From contig JBMNES010000001.1 of NCBI GenBank assembly GCA_050948905.1, positions 896,129 to 960,128 on the forward strand: a DNA stretch of 64,000 nt, given 5' to 3'. The notes under the pieces were generated by a model, which did no database searches, was not told the origin of the DNA, and saw only the letters and a program-made list of their open reading frames with translations. Source of the DNA: Armatimonadota bacterium. Lineage in GTDB: Bacteria; Armatimonadota; UBA5829. Positions 26,590-36,153 of the stretch are shown piece after piece. Numbering within the stretch: the first letter of the stretch is position 1; each line of letters opens with the position of its first letter. A program made the translations under genes and the position numbers.

Positions 26590-28596
26590 ATGCGAATTGG
26601 TGTTTTTGTTTGCTGGTGCGGGTCGAATATCGCTAAGACGGTCGATGTGGTGGCTGTGGCTGAGGCCGCGAAGAGCTTCCCTGGGGTCGTCTACTCGACG
26701 GATTATAAATATATGTGTTCTGAGCCGGGCCAGAATATGGTCGCGGAAGCTATTAAGGAGCACAACCTCGACCGCGTCGTGATCGCTTCGTGTTCGCCAC
26801 GGCTGCACGAGCCGACCTTCCAGCGCTGCATAGCGGCGGCGGGGCTGAACCCGTATATGGTGGAGATGGCCAACATACGCGAGCAGTGCTCGTGGGTACA
26901 CGAGCGAACCCCGGAGACCACCGAAAAAGCCATCGAACTGACTCGAATGGCTGTTGCCAAGGTCGCTAAGAACGTGCCGCTGTTCAGAAATGATATCGGC
27001 ATCACCAAGCGCGCCCTTGTTATCGGCGGAGGGGTTGCGGGTATACAGGCCGCTCTCGATATCGCGGATGCGGGTCATCCGGTGGTGCTGGTCGAGCGAA
27101 CCCCGTCGATCGGTGGGAGAATGGCTCAATACGATAAGACTTTCCCCACACTCGACTGCGCTGCGTGTATTCTTACCCCGAAGATGGTCGACTGCGCCAG
27201 CCACCCGCTCATCGATATATGGGCATATTCCGAGGTCGAGGAAGTCAACGGATTCGTCGGCAACTTCGATGTTAAGATTCGCAAAAAGGCCACTTGTGTT
27301 GACCCCAAACTCTGCACTGGATGCGGGTTGTGTCTGGAGAAGTGCATAGTAAAGAACGTGCCCAGTGAGTTCGACGAGGGTATGGGGCTGCGCAGGGCGA
27401 TATATCGGCCATTCCCGCAGGCAGTTCCGAACAAGCCTGTCATCGACCGCGAACACTGCCGGATATTTAATGGCGGAAAATGCGGTGTCTGCCAGAAAGT
27501 ATGCCCAACCGGGGCGATCAGTTACGATACCGTAGACGAAGTGGTCGAGGAGAAGTTCGGCGCGATAGTCGTCGCTACGGGCTTCGAGCTTTGGGATCAT
27601 TCAGCGCTTGGCAATTACGGCTATGGCAAGTACCCTGATGTGATCTCGGCTATTCAATTTGAGCGCCTTATGAACGCATCCGGACCGACCGAGGGCCATA
27701 TCGTCCGCCCGTCGGATGGCAAAACGCCGAAGTCCATAGCGTTTATCTCCTGCGTGGGCAGTCGCGACGATGAGCACGGCCATGCATATTGCTCCAAGGT
27801 CTGCTGTATGTATAACGCAAAGCAGGCACTGCTGGTTAAAGACAAGCTGCACGATGTGGAGACGCACGTCTTTTATATGGACATCCGCGCCAACGGCAAG
27901 GGTTATGAGGAGTTCGTGAAGCGCACCATTGAGGAATACGGCGCGAACTATATCCGCGGCAGGGTCAGCAAGATTTATCCGGATGGGGATCAACTCGTGG
28001 TAAAGGGCGCTGACACGCTTTTGGGCAAGCAGGTTGAGGTGCGCGTCGATCTGGTCGTGCTCGCTACTGCTATGCAGCCGCAGCACGACGCAAAGGACCT
28101 TGCCAGGAAACTCGGCATTTCCACCGACGCATATAACTGGTTCAGCGAGGCGCACCCCAAGCTCAAGCCTGTCGAGGTGCTGACGGACGGAATCTATCTC
28201 GCCGGGGCGTGCCAGTATCCCAAGGATATCCCCGACACAGTCGCCCAGGCGTCCGGGGCCGCTTCCAAGGCAATTGGATTGTTCAGCAAGGATCATATCA
28301 AGAGCGAGCCGATGATCGCTACCATATTCGAAGACACCTGCATCGGATGTGGATTGTGCGCTGATGTCTGCCCGTTTACGGCGATCGAACTCGTCGAGGT
28401 CGTCGACAAGGAGCGCTCTACTCGTGACAATCAGGTAATGAAGACTGTAGCGCGGGTTAATGAGGGCGTATGCAAGGGCTGTGGGACATGCTCTGCGGCG
28501 TGCAGATCGCTTTCGGCGAGGTTGCGCGGATTCGAAGGCGCTGGGATTCTCGCTCAGATCGACGCATTGGCGGATATGGTGAAGGCGAAGAAGTAG
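26590..28596 (+). CDS. hdrA: Heterodisulfide reductase subunit A (FAD, Fe-S)
   Basis: MRIGVFVCWCG, ANIREQCSWVH, IGGGVAG, KTFPTLDC and CSKVCCMY motifs; ferredoxin inserts. Confidence 0.96.
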   Translation: MRIGVFVCWCGSNIAKTVDVVAVAEAAKSFPGVVYSTDYKYMCSEPGQNMVAEAIKEHNLDRVVIASCSPRLHEPTFQRCIAAAGLNPYMVEMANIREQCSWVHERTPETTEKAIELTRMAVAKVAKNVPLFRNDIGITKRALVIGGGVAGIQAALDIADAGHPVVLVERTPSIGGRMAQYDKTFPTLDCAACILTPKMVDCASHPLIDIWAYSEVEEVNGFVGNFDVKIRKKATCVDPKLCTGCGLCLEKCIVKNVPSEFDEGMGLRRAIYRPFPQAVPNKPVIDREHCRIFNGGKCGVCQKVCPTGAISYDTVDEVVEEKFGAIVVATGFELWDHSALGNYGYGKYPDVISAIQFERLMNASGPTEGHIVRPSDGKTPKSIAFISCVGSRDDEHGHAYCSKVCCMYNAKQALLVKDKLHDVETHVFYMDIRANGKGYEEFVKRTIEEYGANYIRGRVSKIYPDGDQLVVKGADTLLGKQVEVRVDLVVLATAMQPQHDAKDLARKLGISTDAYNWFSEAHPKLKPVEVLTDGIYLAGACQYPKDIPDTVAQASGAASKAIGLFSKDHIKSEPMIATIFEDTCIGCGLCADVCPFTAIELVEVVDKERSTRDNQVMKTVARVNEGVCKGCGTCSAACRSLSARLRGFEGAGILAQIDALADMVKAKK

Positions 28597-28626
28597 TATA
28601 GTTTGCACCGAACGCCATAAGGCCTA

Positions 28627-29442
28627 TTGGAGATTATATTGACCCATAAAACGCAAATATTGGTGCTGAGTCTCGTGCTGGTCGTGTTGACCCTGCCTGC
28701 GTTAGCGGCGAGCGAGATGATTCCCGTGGCCGAGGGCAACAAGTGGACATACGATTGTTATCGGTCGATTGTCGGCGCGATTATGTTTCAAGGTCGGGTT
28801 ATGTCCTCGCTGAACGATCTCAGCTTCGGTTCGTCGGTTTATGAAATCCTATCTGTGGACAATAAGGCCAATCCGCCTGTATTCGAATATCGCGAATCAG
28901 TGGACACGGCCTCGGCGACCGGAGGATCTGGCAGCCACTCTCAGATTGATATCAAATTTGTCCAAACTGAGCGCGGCCAGGAGATAGCCTCCACCAACCG
29001 ATCGGCGACAGTTTCCGACGAAGGCGAGAAGCAGGACTACAGCCCCGCACTGCTATACTATATGCGCGATGCGGCGCCGGGCAAGCAATGGGACGTCGGC
29101 GGTATGCGCGACGCCAAAACCGAAATTCCGATGAAGGCGAAGGCGGTCGGCAAAGAGACCGTTACCGTGCCTGCCGGAACGTTTAAGGATTGCCTGAAAG
29201 TAGTCTATTACAGCGACACGATGACGGGCAGCGCGGATATATGGGGCAAGGAGTTCAACGTAACCTCCGGCCGTACGCGCGGCGTTTACTGGATCGCCGA
29301 CGGCGTCGGGGTTGTGAAGGAACTGGAGATAGCGGAGTCGGAGGCCGAGACCATCGGGCCAGACGGCAAGACTCCTTTGAGGATAGAATCATACTCCTGC
29401 GACGTGCGGGAGCTTAAACCGGGATTTGTAGTAAAGAAGTGA
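28627..29442 (+). CDS. Secreted hypothetical protein (DUF3108/TapB-like beta protein)
   Basis: Signal peptide; ETVTVPAGTFKDCLKV and YWIADGVGVVKE motifs; start codon uncertain. Confidence 0.6.
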   Translation: MEIILTHKTQILVLSLVLVVLTLPALAASEMIPVAEGNKWTYDCYRSIVGAIMFQGRVMSSLNDLSFGSSVYEILSVDNKANPPVFEYRESVDTASATGGSGSHSQIDIKFVQTERGQEIASTNRSATVSDEGEKQDYSPALLYYMRDAAPGKQWDVGGMRDAKTEIPMKAKAVGKETVTVPAGTFKDCLKVVYYSDTMTGSADIWGKEFNVTSGRTRGVYWIADGVGVVKELEIAESEAETIGPDGKTPLRIESYSCDVRELKPGFVVKK

Positions 29443-29480
29443 TCGGTAGATAAACCGGCCACAGTCGACTGAGGAACTAT

Positions 29481-29948
29481 ATGTCAGAGAAGACTAACGT
29501 TGTAGAAGAACAGACCGAGCAATCGGCACAGCCGCGAGAGTGGCAGCCGTCGATACTTGCTATTTTGTGTAACTGGTGCAGCTATGCTGGTGCGGATTTG
29601 GCCGGCAGCACGCGTCTGCAATACCCAGAAACGGTGCGCATAGTGCGGGTCCCGTGCTCAGGCAGAACGGATCCTATGTTTGTGCTTAAAGGTTTTCAGA
29701 GGGGTTTTGATGGCGTAATGGTGCTGGGCTGTCACCCTGGAGACTGCCACTACGCCAAGGGCAACTACTACGCACGCCGCAGAATCGCCCTCACCCAGGA
29801 TTTGCTTAAATCCCTGGGCATTGAGCCGGAGCGGTTCCATTTCGAGTGGGTATCGGCCTCCGAAGGCAACAGATTCGCGGAACTGATTCGAGATTTCAGC
29901 GGACAAATAAAGCAGCTCGGCCCGTTTGACGGTGTGGCGCGAAGATAG
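29481..29948 (+). CDS. flxD: MvhD/FlxD 2Fe-2S subunit
   Basis: CNWCSYAGAD, RVPCSGR, GCHPGDCHY and WVSASEG motifs. Confidence 0.88.
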   Translation: MSEKTNVVEEQTEQSAQPREWQPSILAILCNWCSYAGADLAGSTRLQYPETVRIVRVPCSGRTDPMFVLKGFQRGFDGVMVLGCHPGDCHYAKGNYYARRRIALTQDLLKSLGIEPERFHFEWVSASEGNRFAELIRDFSGQIKQLGPFDGVARR

Positions 29949-29996
29949 AGACTATAAATCGTCGATTTCAATTTACAGATAATCGCGGGAAATTAT

Positions 29997-30944
29997 ATGA
30001 CTGAGATACAAGACAAGATTCGTGAAGAGGCAAAAAAGGCGCTGGAGAGCGGCGAGGTTGGGGTGGTAATCGGCTGGGGCGCGGGCACCGTTCCGTTTAA
30101 AACAACTCCTGTGTTCATCGACAAAGCCGAGGATGTCGAAAAGCTGGTCTGGAACCCCGCCTGCACTAACAACCTCGCGGTCTATTTGACCAAGTGGGCT
30201 AGAAACGGCAAGGTGGGAATTGTGGCCAAGCCATGCGACGTTCGCAGCATCGTAACCCTGATACGCGAGAAGCAGGTCAAGCGCGAGAACGTTTTCATTA
30301 TAGGACTCGGATGCGGCGGGGTCGTCGACGCGAGCTTAATTGAAAGCGGCGATGTGCGGATGCAGGAAGTCACCTCCCTTGAGTGGGACGACGACGATCT
30401 TATGGTAACCACGCAAACCACTAAGGTCAAAGTTCCAGCCGCTGAGGCGTTGCGGCAGCAGTGCAAAGTCTGTGAGGATCGCACCCCGTCGCTGAGCGAT
30501 GTTACCATCGGCGAGGCTGTTGCTCCATCCGAAGGCCTCAAACTGGATCTGCCGGGGCTTTCTGAGGATCGGCAGAAGTATTGGCAGGAGCAATTCTCGC
30601 GGTGTATCCGATGTTATGCATGCAGGCAGGTCTGCCCGGCGTGCTATTGCGATACCTGTTTCTGCGACAGAATAGAGCCGAAGTGGACTGCAAAAAAAGC
30701 GACTACCGACGAGGCCTGGATGTTCCACGCGACCCGCGCGATGCATTTGGTCGGTCGATGTATTGGTTGCGGCGAGTGTGAGCGAGTCTGCCCGGTGGGG
30801 ATTCCGGCGGTGGAACTGGCCAGGGAGCTTAATGCGGTCGCCAAGGAGCGCTACGACTTCGACCCGGGCGACCCGCAGGCCGAAAAGCCGCTGCTTGGCA
30901 CATACAAAGATAACGATGTCGATCCGGCGCATCACTCGGAGTAG
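29997..30944 (+). CDS. flxC: FlxC-like 4Fe-4S protein
   Basis: KPCD, CIRCYACRQVCP and CIGCGECERVCP motifs; position in hdr-flx. Confidence 0.75.
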   Translation: MTEIQDKIREEAKKALESGEVGVVIGWGAGTVPFKTTPVFIDKAEDVEKLVWNPACTNNLAVYLTKWARNGKVGIVAKPCDVRSIVTLIREKQVKRENVFIIGLGCGGVVDASLIESGDVRMQEVTSLEWDDDDLMVTTQTTKVKVPAAEALRQQCKVCEDRTPSLSDVTIGEAVAPSEGLKLDLPGLSEDRQKYWQEQFSRCIRCYACRQVCPACYCDTCFCDRIEPKWTAKKATTDEAWMFHATRAMHLVGRCIGCGECERVCPVGIPAVELARELNAVAKERYDFDPGDPQAEKPLLGTYKDNDVDPAHHSE

Positions 30945-30980
30945 AAATCGTAGTCTCGCACCGATACCGAAAGGTCTGGC

Positions 30981-32021
30981 ATGAAAGATAGAGTATTATT
31001 AAAAGATAAAGTAAACGACTTCCTCGGTTTTTTGGCTGAGAAGTATGAAGTAGTGGCTCCTGTCGAGCGTGGAGATGCCCCGGCTGAGTTCAAGGTGCTT
31101 GGCGAAGGAGACGTGCCGGTACTCGACGGCAGCAAACAGATGATGACCCCGAAGGATTATCTGCTGCCGCGGCATGAAGTCCTCGTTAAGATCGATATGT
31201 CCGATGGGGAGACTAAGGTCGAGACGCCTTTGCCGGAGGACAAGCCCAGGGTAATGTTAGGGGCGTGGCTGCCGGATGCACAGGCTATTCAGGTCCTTGA
31301 TCGAGTATTTTTGGACAGAAAGTTCGTAGACCCTTACTATTCCCGCAGGCGGGAGAACCTGATTCTGTTCGCGGTGATTCCTGCTGAGATGCGATGGAGT
31401 TGGTTCTGCGGGTCCGTCGATAATGTCGATACGTGGAAATCCAGCGTCGATGCTCTGATGTATGACCTTGGAGACAGATATTATATCGAGGCGACTTCGG
31501 ATAAGGGCGCTGCGCTGATCGAAAGTGCGTCTCTGAATGAGATTTCAGATGCGGACACCTCGGCTAAGGACAAGCTATGGGAGACGTTCAAGACCACGGG
31601 AGTGCTGCCGTTTGCGGGCAAGGCTCTTTATGAGAACCTGGCCTGGGACGACCCTGTTTGGGAGGAAATAGCCCAGAAGTGCATAGCGTGCGGCACGTGC
31701 AGCTTCATGTGTCCGAGCTGTAGTTGTTTCGACATTCAGGACGAGACCTGCGGACACTGCGTCGAGCGCTACAGATGCCGCGACACCTGCCAGTTCGAGG
31801 ACTTCACTTTAATGGGCCACGGCCATAACCCGCGTTCCACCCAGCTTCCGCGATCCCGTCAGAGGCTGCTTCACAAGTTCAGATATCAACACGAGCAGTT
31901 CGGGGTGGTCGGCTGCACGGGCTGCGGCAGGTGCGTTGAGCTGTGTCCAGTGAATATCGACATCAGAGAAGTATTGACCAGAACGTGCGCCGAACCGATG
32001 GAGCAAAAAACCGAGGCATAA
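30981..32021 (+). CDS. flxB: FlxB/AsrA-like 4Fe-4S protein
   Basis: CIACGTCSFMCPSCSCF and GCTGCGRCVELCP motifs. Confidence 0.78.
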   Translation: MKDRVLLKDKVNDFLGFLAEKYEVVAPVERGDAPAEFKVLGEGDVPVLDGSKQMMTPKDYLLPRHEVLVKIDMSDGETKVETPLPEDKPRVMLGAWLPDAQAIQVLDRVFLDRKFVDPYYSRRRENLILFAVIPAEMRWSWFCGSVDNVDTWKSSVDALMYDLGDRYYIEATSDKGAALIESASLNEISDADTSAKDKLWETFKTTGVLPFAGKALYENLAWDDPVWEEIAQKCIACGTCSFMCPSCSCFDIQDETCGHCVERYRCRDTCQFEDFTLMGHGHNPRSTQLPRSRQRLLHKFRYQHEQFGVVGCTGCGRCVELCPVNIDIREVLTRTCAEPMEQKTEA

Positions 32022-32057
32022 AGTCGCCCAACAGATCAAAACAGGTAGAGAGATAGA

Positions 32058-32909
32058 ATGATAGATACACAGACAAACAATCCGATAACAACTCTTCCAT
32101 ACACGCCGGTTCCGGCGACTTTGACCAAAGTCATAACAGAATCGTGGGACACCAAGACCTTCAGGGCTGAGTTCAAAGACGAGGCTCTGCGGGAGAACTT
32201 CACCTATGAGCCGGGTCAGTTCCAGCAGGTTTCGGTGTTTGGTGTCGGTGAGTGTACTTTCTGCCTGACTTCTTCGCCGACTCGCAAGGGCTATATAGAG
32301 TTTTCGGTCAAAAAAGTCGGCTCTGTCACCTCTGCGCTGCACGATATGAGCGAAGGCGATACGGTAGGAATCAGGGCCCCGCTTGGCAATTTCTTCCCGT
32401 ATCCCGATTGGAAGGGCAAGAACCTGCTATTTGCTGGTGGCGGTATCGGTATGGCTCCGATGCGGTCTCTTCTCAACTTCTGCCTCGATAATCGCGACGA
32501 CTACGGCGACATTACCACTATCTACGGTGCGCGAACGCCGGGGGATTTGTGCTTCGCTTACGAGTTTGAGGAATGGAATACCAAAGGAAAGCTGCATCTC
32601 ACCGTTGACGTCGGGGAGGACGATTGGAAGGGCCACGTCGGGCACGTTCCTGGCTATCTTAAGGAACTTGCGCCGAGCGCCGAGAACACAATCGCCATCA
32701 CCTGCGGCCCTCCTATTATGATCAAATTTATACTGCCGGAGTTCGCTAATCTCGGCTTCAAACCGGATCAGATATACACAACATTGGAGATGAAGATGAA
32801 GTGCGGGGTCGGAAAATGCGGCCGCTGCAACATCGGCTCCAAGCTGGTATGTCTCGACGGGCCGGTGTTCTCATTGGCCGAGATCGACGAACTGCCGCCT
32901 GAGTTTTAA
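32058..32909 (+). CDS. flxA: FlxA/AsrB-like FAD/NAD(P)-binding oxidoreductase
   Basis: PGQF, GGGIGMAP, CGPPIM and MKCGVGKCGRC...CLDGPVF motifs. Confidence 0.85.
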   Translation: MIDTQTNNPITTLPYTPVPATLTKVITESWDTKTFRAEFKDEALRENFTYEPGQFQQVSVFGVGECTFCLTSSPTRKGYIEFSVKKVGSVTSALHDMSEGDTVGIRAPLGNFFPYPDWKGKNLLFAGGGIGMAPMRSLLNFCLDNRDDYGDITTIYGARTPGDLCFAYEFEEWNTKGKLHLTVDVGEDDWKGHVGHVPGYLKELAPSAENTIAITCGPPIMIKFILPEFANLGFKPDQIYTTLEMKMKCGVGKCGRCNIGSKLVCLDGPVFSLAEIDELPPEF

Positions 32910-33029
32910 CCTCCGCCGGCTGGGCTAGTCGACTGAAGCCCGGCAATAGTGGCAGGAATTCAGCGACTTATTTTATAATGTAGAACAGGAACACAGGACG
33001 GCCCGCTGCGGCTGCTCTTGTCGTAGGAG

Positions 33030-34322
33030 ATGATTATGACGGATAGTGGAATCGACCGCCGCGATTTTCTCAAGGGAGCAGCGGCGACTGTAGCTCTCCT
33101 TATGGCTGCGGATGGGCTTGGAGTATCCCAGGTTCTCGCAGCGGATAGCGATGCTAAACCTATTCCAGGACCGGAGGTCAAAATCGGCGTTATCGGACTG
33201 GGTCAGTGGGGCAAGGATATCGTTACCGCGCTTTCCAAAATGCCCAGCGCCAAGGTAACGGCCCTTTGCGACACTTACGAAGCATTCGTGAAGCGCGCCG
33301 CCAAAAACGCCCCAGAAGCCAAGACTTTCTCCGATTATAAACAGCTTCTAGCTTCTCCGGATGTCGAAGCTGTCGTGATTGCGACCCCCACCCATCAGCA
33401 CAAAGAGATCGCGCTGGCTGCCATCGCCGCAGGCAAGCACGTCTACTGCGAGGCGCCGTTAGCTGGTAGCATAGAAGATGCTAAGGCAATTGCAGTTGCG
33501 GCGAATGGGTCAAAGAAAGTCTTCCAGACAGGTCTGCAGGGCCGCACGAACCCGTTGTATACACACGTCGCTTCTTTCGTGAAGTCGGGGTGTATGGGCG
33601 TGCCGACCGAGGCTCGGTCGCAGGCTTATAGAAGGCAGAGCTGGAAGAGGATGGCGCCGTCTGCGGAGCGGGAAAAGGAGCAGAACTGGCGGCTTTCCAA
33701 GGCGACCTCGACCGGGCTTGTTGGAGAGATCGGAATACATGGCATCGATCTTATTAACCAGTATCTCAATGCGATGCCGGTTGCGGTAACGGGGTTCGGC
33801 AGCCTTATGGCGTGGAAAGACGGCCGGGACGTGCCGGATACGGTGCAGTGTGTGCTGGAATACCCCAAAGATATTCGAGTGACATTTTCTTCGTCGATAG
33901 TCAGTTCATTTGGCGGCGAGTATACCCTCCTTCAAGGCACGGAGAGCAGCCTGCTAATGAGAGAGGACCGCGGCTGGATGATCAAAGAGGCCGACTCGCC
34001 GTTGATCGGATGGGAGCCTTATGCCCGCAAGGAGCCGATTTTCGAAGAGACCGGAATCTGCATGCTGGCCGACGCAAGCAAGATATTGGCAGCCGGCGGG
34101 GAACCGGATAAGGATTCCCCTAAGGAACAGACGAAGGACGTAACTTCTGAGCCGCTTTATGTTGCTTTAGAGAGCTTCACGCGCAACATCAGAGAGGATT
34201 CCAAGCCTGCGGCCGGAGCGCTTGAAGGACTTCAGGCAGCGGTTACCGTAATTAAAGCAAATGAGGCTATTATGTCTGGCAGCAAAGTGGCCTTTACTCC
34301 AGATATGTTCGAATTGAAGTAG
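33030..34322 (+). CDS. Gfo/Idh/MocA oxidoreductase with Tat signal
   Basis: DRRDFLK Tat motif; GVIGLGQWG, IATPTHQH and GKHVYCEAP motifs. Confidence 0.88.
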   Translation: MIMTDSGIDRRDFLKGAAATVALLMAADGLGVSQVLAADSDAKPIPGPEVKIGVIGLGQWGKDIVTALSKMPSAKVTALCDTYEAFVKRAAKNAPEAKTFSDYKQLLASPDVEAVVIATPTHQHKEIALAAIAAGKHVYCEAPLAGSIEDAKAIAVAANGSKKVFQTGLQGRTNPLYTHVASFVKSGCMGVPTEARSQAYRRQSWKRMAPSAEREKEQNWRLSKATSTGLVGEIGIHGIDLINQYLNAMPVAVTGFGSLMAWKDGRDVPDTVQCVLEYPKDIRVTFSSSIVSSFGGEYTLLQGTESSLLMREDRGWMIKEADSPLIGWEPYARKEPIFEETGICMLADASKILAAGGEPDKDSPKEQTKDVTSEPLYVALESFTRNIREDSKPAAGALEGLQAAVTVIKANEAIMSGSKVAFTPDMFELK

Positions 34323-34349
34323 TCAATCTATAAAGGAGCGCAAACCAAA

Positions 34350-35708
34350 GTGGACAAAAAACAGGAAAAGACAGGGCTGAGTCGGCGCGAATTCATTAAA
34401 GCCGCCGGCTTGACAGCGGCCGGGGTTATGGCAAGCTCGCTGGTCGGCAGCTCAGCGATAGCCGCCCCTGCTACAAAGACAACTATGGCGCATCCGAGAG
34501 TGATCGGTGCGAACGATCGAATCAACTACGCTCATATCGGCGTCGGCGGAATGGGCGGAGGCCACGTCAACACCATTAAGGGTCTGGCTGGGGATATGAA
34601 CCTGCAGCAGGTCGCGGTGTGCGACGTCTGGGCCAAAAAGAGAGACTGGGCACAGAAAACCACAGGCTGTGACTCGGCTCAAGTTTATACCGACTATCGC
34701 AAGCTGCTTGAAAACAAAGATATTGATGTGGTCGTAATAGCCACTCCGGACCACTGGCACGCACCGATCGCCATTGCTGCGATGCAGGCGGGCAAGCATG
34801 TGTATTGCGAAAAGCCGATGACTCACAAACTTGATGAGGCGTTTGCGATGCACAAGACTGCCAAGGAGACCGGTTGTCTGGTGCAGGTCGGAAGCCAGGG
34901 CTGCACGGATACCAAGTGGCATGTGGCTGGCAAGGCCGTCAAGGATGGAAAGATCGGCACGGCTCTTTGGGCGCAGGGTGGCTACTGCCGCAACAATCCA
35001 CATGGTGAGTGGAACTATACCATCGACCCCGAAATGACCCCGGACACCTGCGACTGGAAGATGTGGCTTGGCAGCGCTCCGAACATTCCGTTCAGCCCAG
35101 AGCGCTTCTTCCGCTGGAGAAAATATTGGGACTACGGCAATGGCATCATCGGCGACCTTTGGCCGCACAGGCTGCACCCGTTGATGATCGCTATGAATAT
35201 GGGCCCGGACCCGGCCTCAGTTCAGTTCCCGAGAAGAGTTGTCTGTTTGGGAGCCAATATACTCGATACTGACAGCAACCCTGACGATCCGCAGCATCCG
35301 TATGGCGCAAAGCGTGACGTCGCTGACACCACCCAGATGATTGCTGAGTTCCCTGGTGGGACTATGATCTATCTGGCGGGCGCGACCACCAACGAGCGTG
35401 GAGTCGAGGATATGATCCGCGGCAACAAGGCGACTCTGTATTTCGGCGGCGGCAAGGTTACTGTGGAACCGCAGCGACCGTATGTTGACGAAGTCGAGCA
35501 GGAAGACCTTGAAGTCGTTGGGCCGGGCGAAAGCACGGTCGAGCATCACAAGAACCTGATCAAGTGCATCCGCGAAGGCGGCGTGCCGAATGCGAACATC
35601 GATCTGGGCCTTGCTGTTCAGACCATCGTCTCGATGGCGGAACTCTCCTACAGACAGAACAAGATGGCACTGTTTGATCCGGACAAGAAGGTGCTCCTCA
35701 AGAGCTAA
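34350..35708 (+). CDS. Gfo/Idh/MocA oxidoreductase with Tat signal
   Basis: SRREFIK Tat motif; IGVGGMG, ATPDHWH and GKHVYCEKP motifs. Confidence 0.9.
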   Translation: MDKKQEKTGLSRREFIKAAGLTAAGVMASSLVGSSAIAAPATKTTMAHPRVIGANDRINYAHIGVGGMGGGHVNTIKGLAGDMNLQQVAVCDVWAKKRDWAQKTTGCDSAQVYTDYRKLLENKDIDVVVIATPDHWHAPIAIAAMQAGKHVYCEKPMTHKLDEAFAMHKTAKETGCLVQVGSQGCTDTKWHVAGKAVKDGKIGTALWAQGGYCRNNPHGEWNYTIDPEMTPDTCDWKMWLGSAPNIPFSPERFFRWRKYWDYGNGIIGDLWPHRLHPLMIAMNMGPDPASVQFPRRVVCLGANILDTDSNPDDPQHPYGAKRDVADTTQMIAEFPGGTMIYLAGATTNERGVEDMIRGNKATLYFGGGKVTVEPQRPYVDEVEQEDLEVVGPGESTVEHHKNLIKCIREGGVPNANIDLGLAVQTIVSMAELSYRQNKMALFDPDKKVLLKS

Positions 35709-35742
35709 GTAGAATCTAGTAACACTGAATGGTGTAAAAAAC

Positions 35743-35817
35743 AGATGGGCGGCGATCTCCGAATCGCCGCCCTTTAGTTATGATATGGCCGGGACAGAGG
35801 CCGGCCACTACATTTTG
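35743..35817 (+). repeat. 75-bp direct repeat, left copy (two REP-like palindromes)
   Basis: Matches 39661-39735 at 72 of 75 positions by manual alignment. Confidence 0.9.
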
Positions 35818-35828
35818 CCCTAAACTAT

Positions 35829-35854
35829 GTCATCCTGCGCGAAGTCGCAGGATC
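35829..35854 (+). repeat. GTCAT-tagged palindrome
   Basis: GTCATCCTGCGCGAAGTCGCAGGATC; same family as 3391-3462 and 55375-55450. Confidence 0.8.
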
Positions 35855-36153
35855 TATACTGCGTGTGAAATTACAGGTGTTTATGCTGAATCCGAACCAA
35901 TAAACACGACCTCGGCTGCGGCATTCTTAAGTATCTATAATTCAGACGCCCGCATTCTGTTATTATCTCATCATATATATGACTACCTATGTGCACTTAA
36001 ACCTAAAAAGCGCAAACGCCTATGTCATCCCCCGCAATCAATGAAGACAAAGAATATAGTTTTCTGGCGATGAGGAAGGATGTACACTAGGCGATAGCGT
36101 AGAAGAATGTAAGCTTGGCACGTCAAGTCCAATTAATGAAGAGAGAGGGCAAT

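Noticed and set aside
26590-29948. Selenocysteine recoding in HdrA or MvhD/FlxD
   Set aside because: Both ORFs are open, with Cys codons at the usual Sec positions.
35885-35893. GCTGAATCC as a ydaO riboswitch core
   Set aside because: The remaining consensus and the pairing regions are missing, so the match is probably chance.
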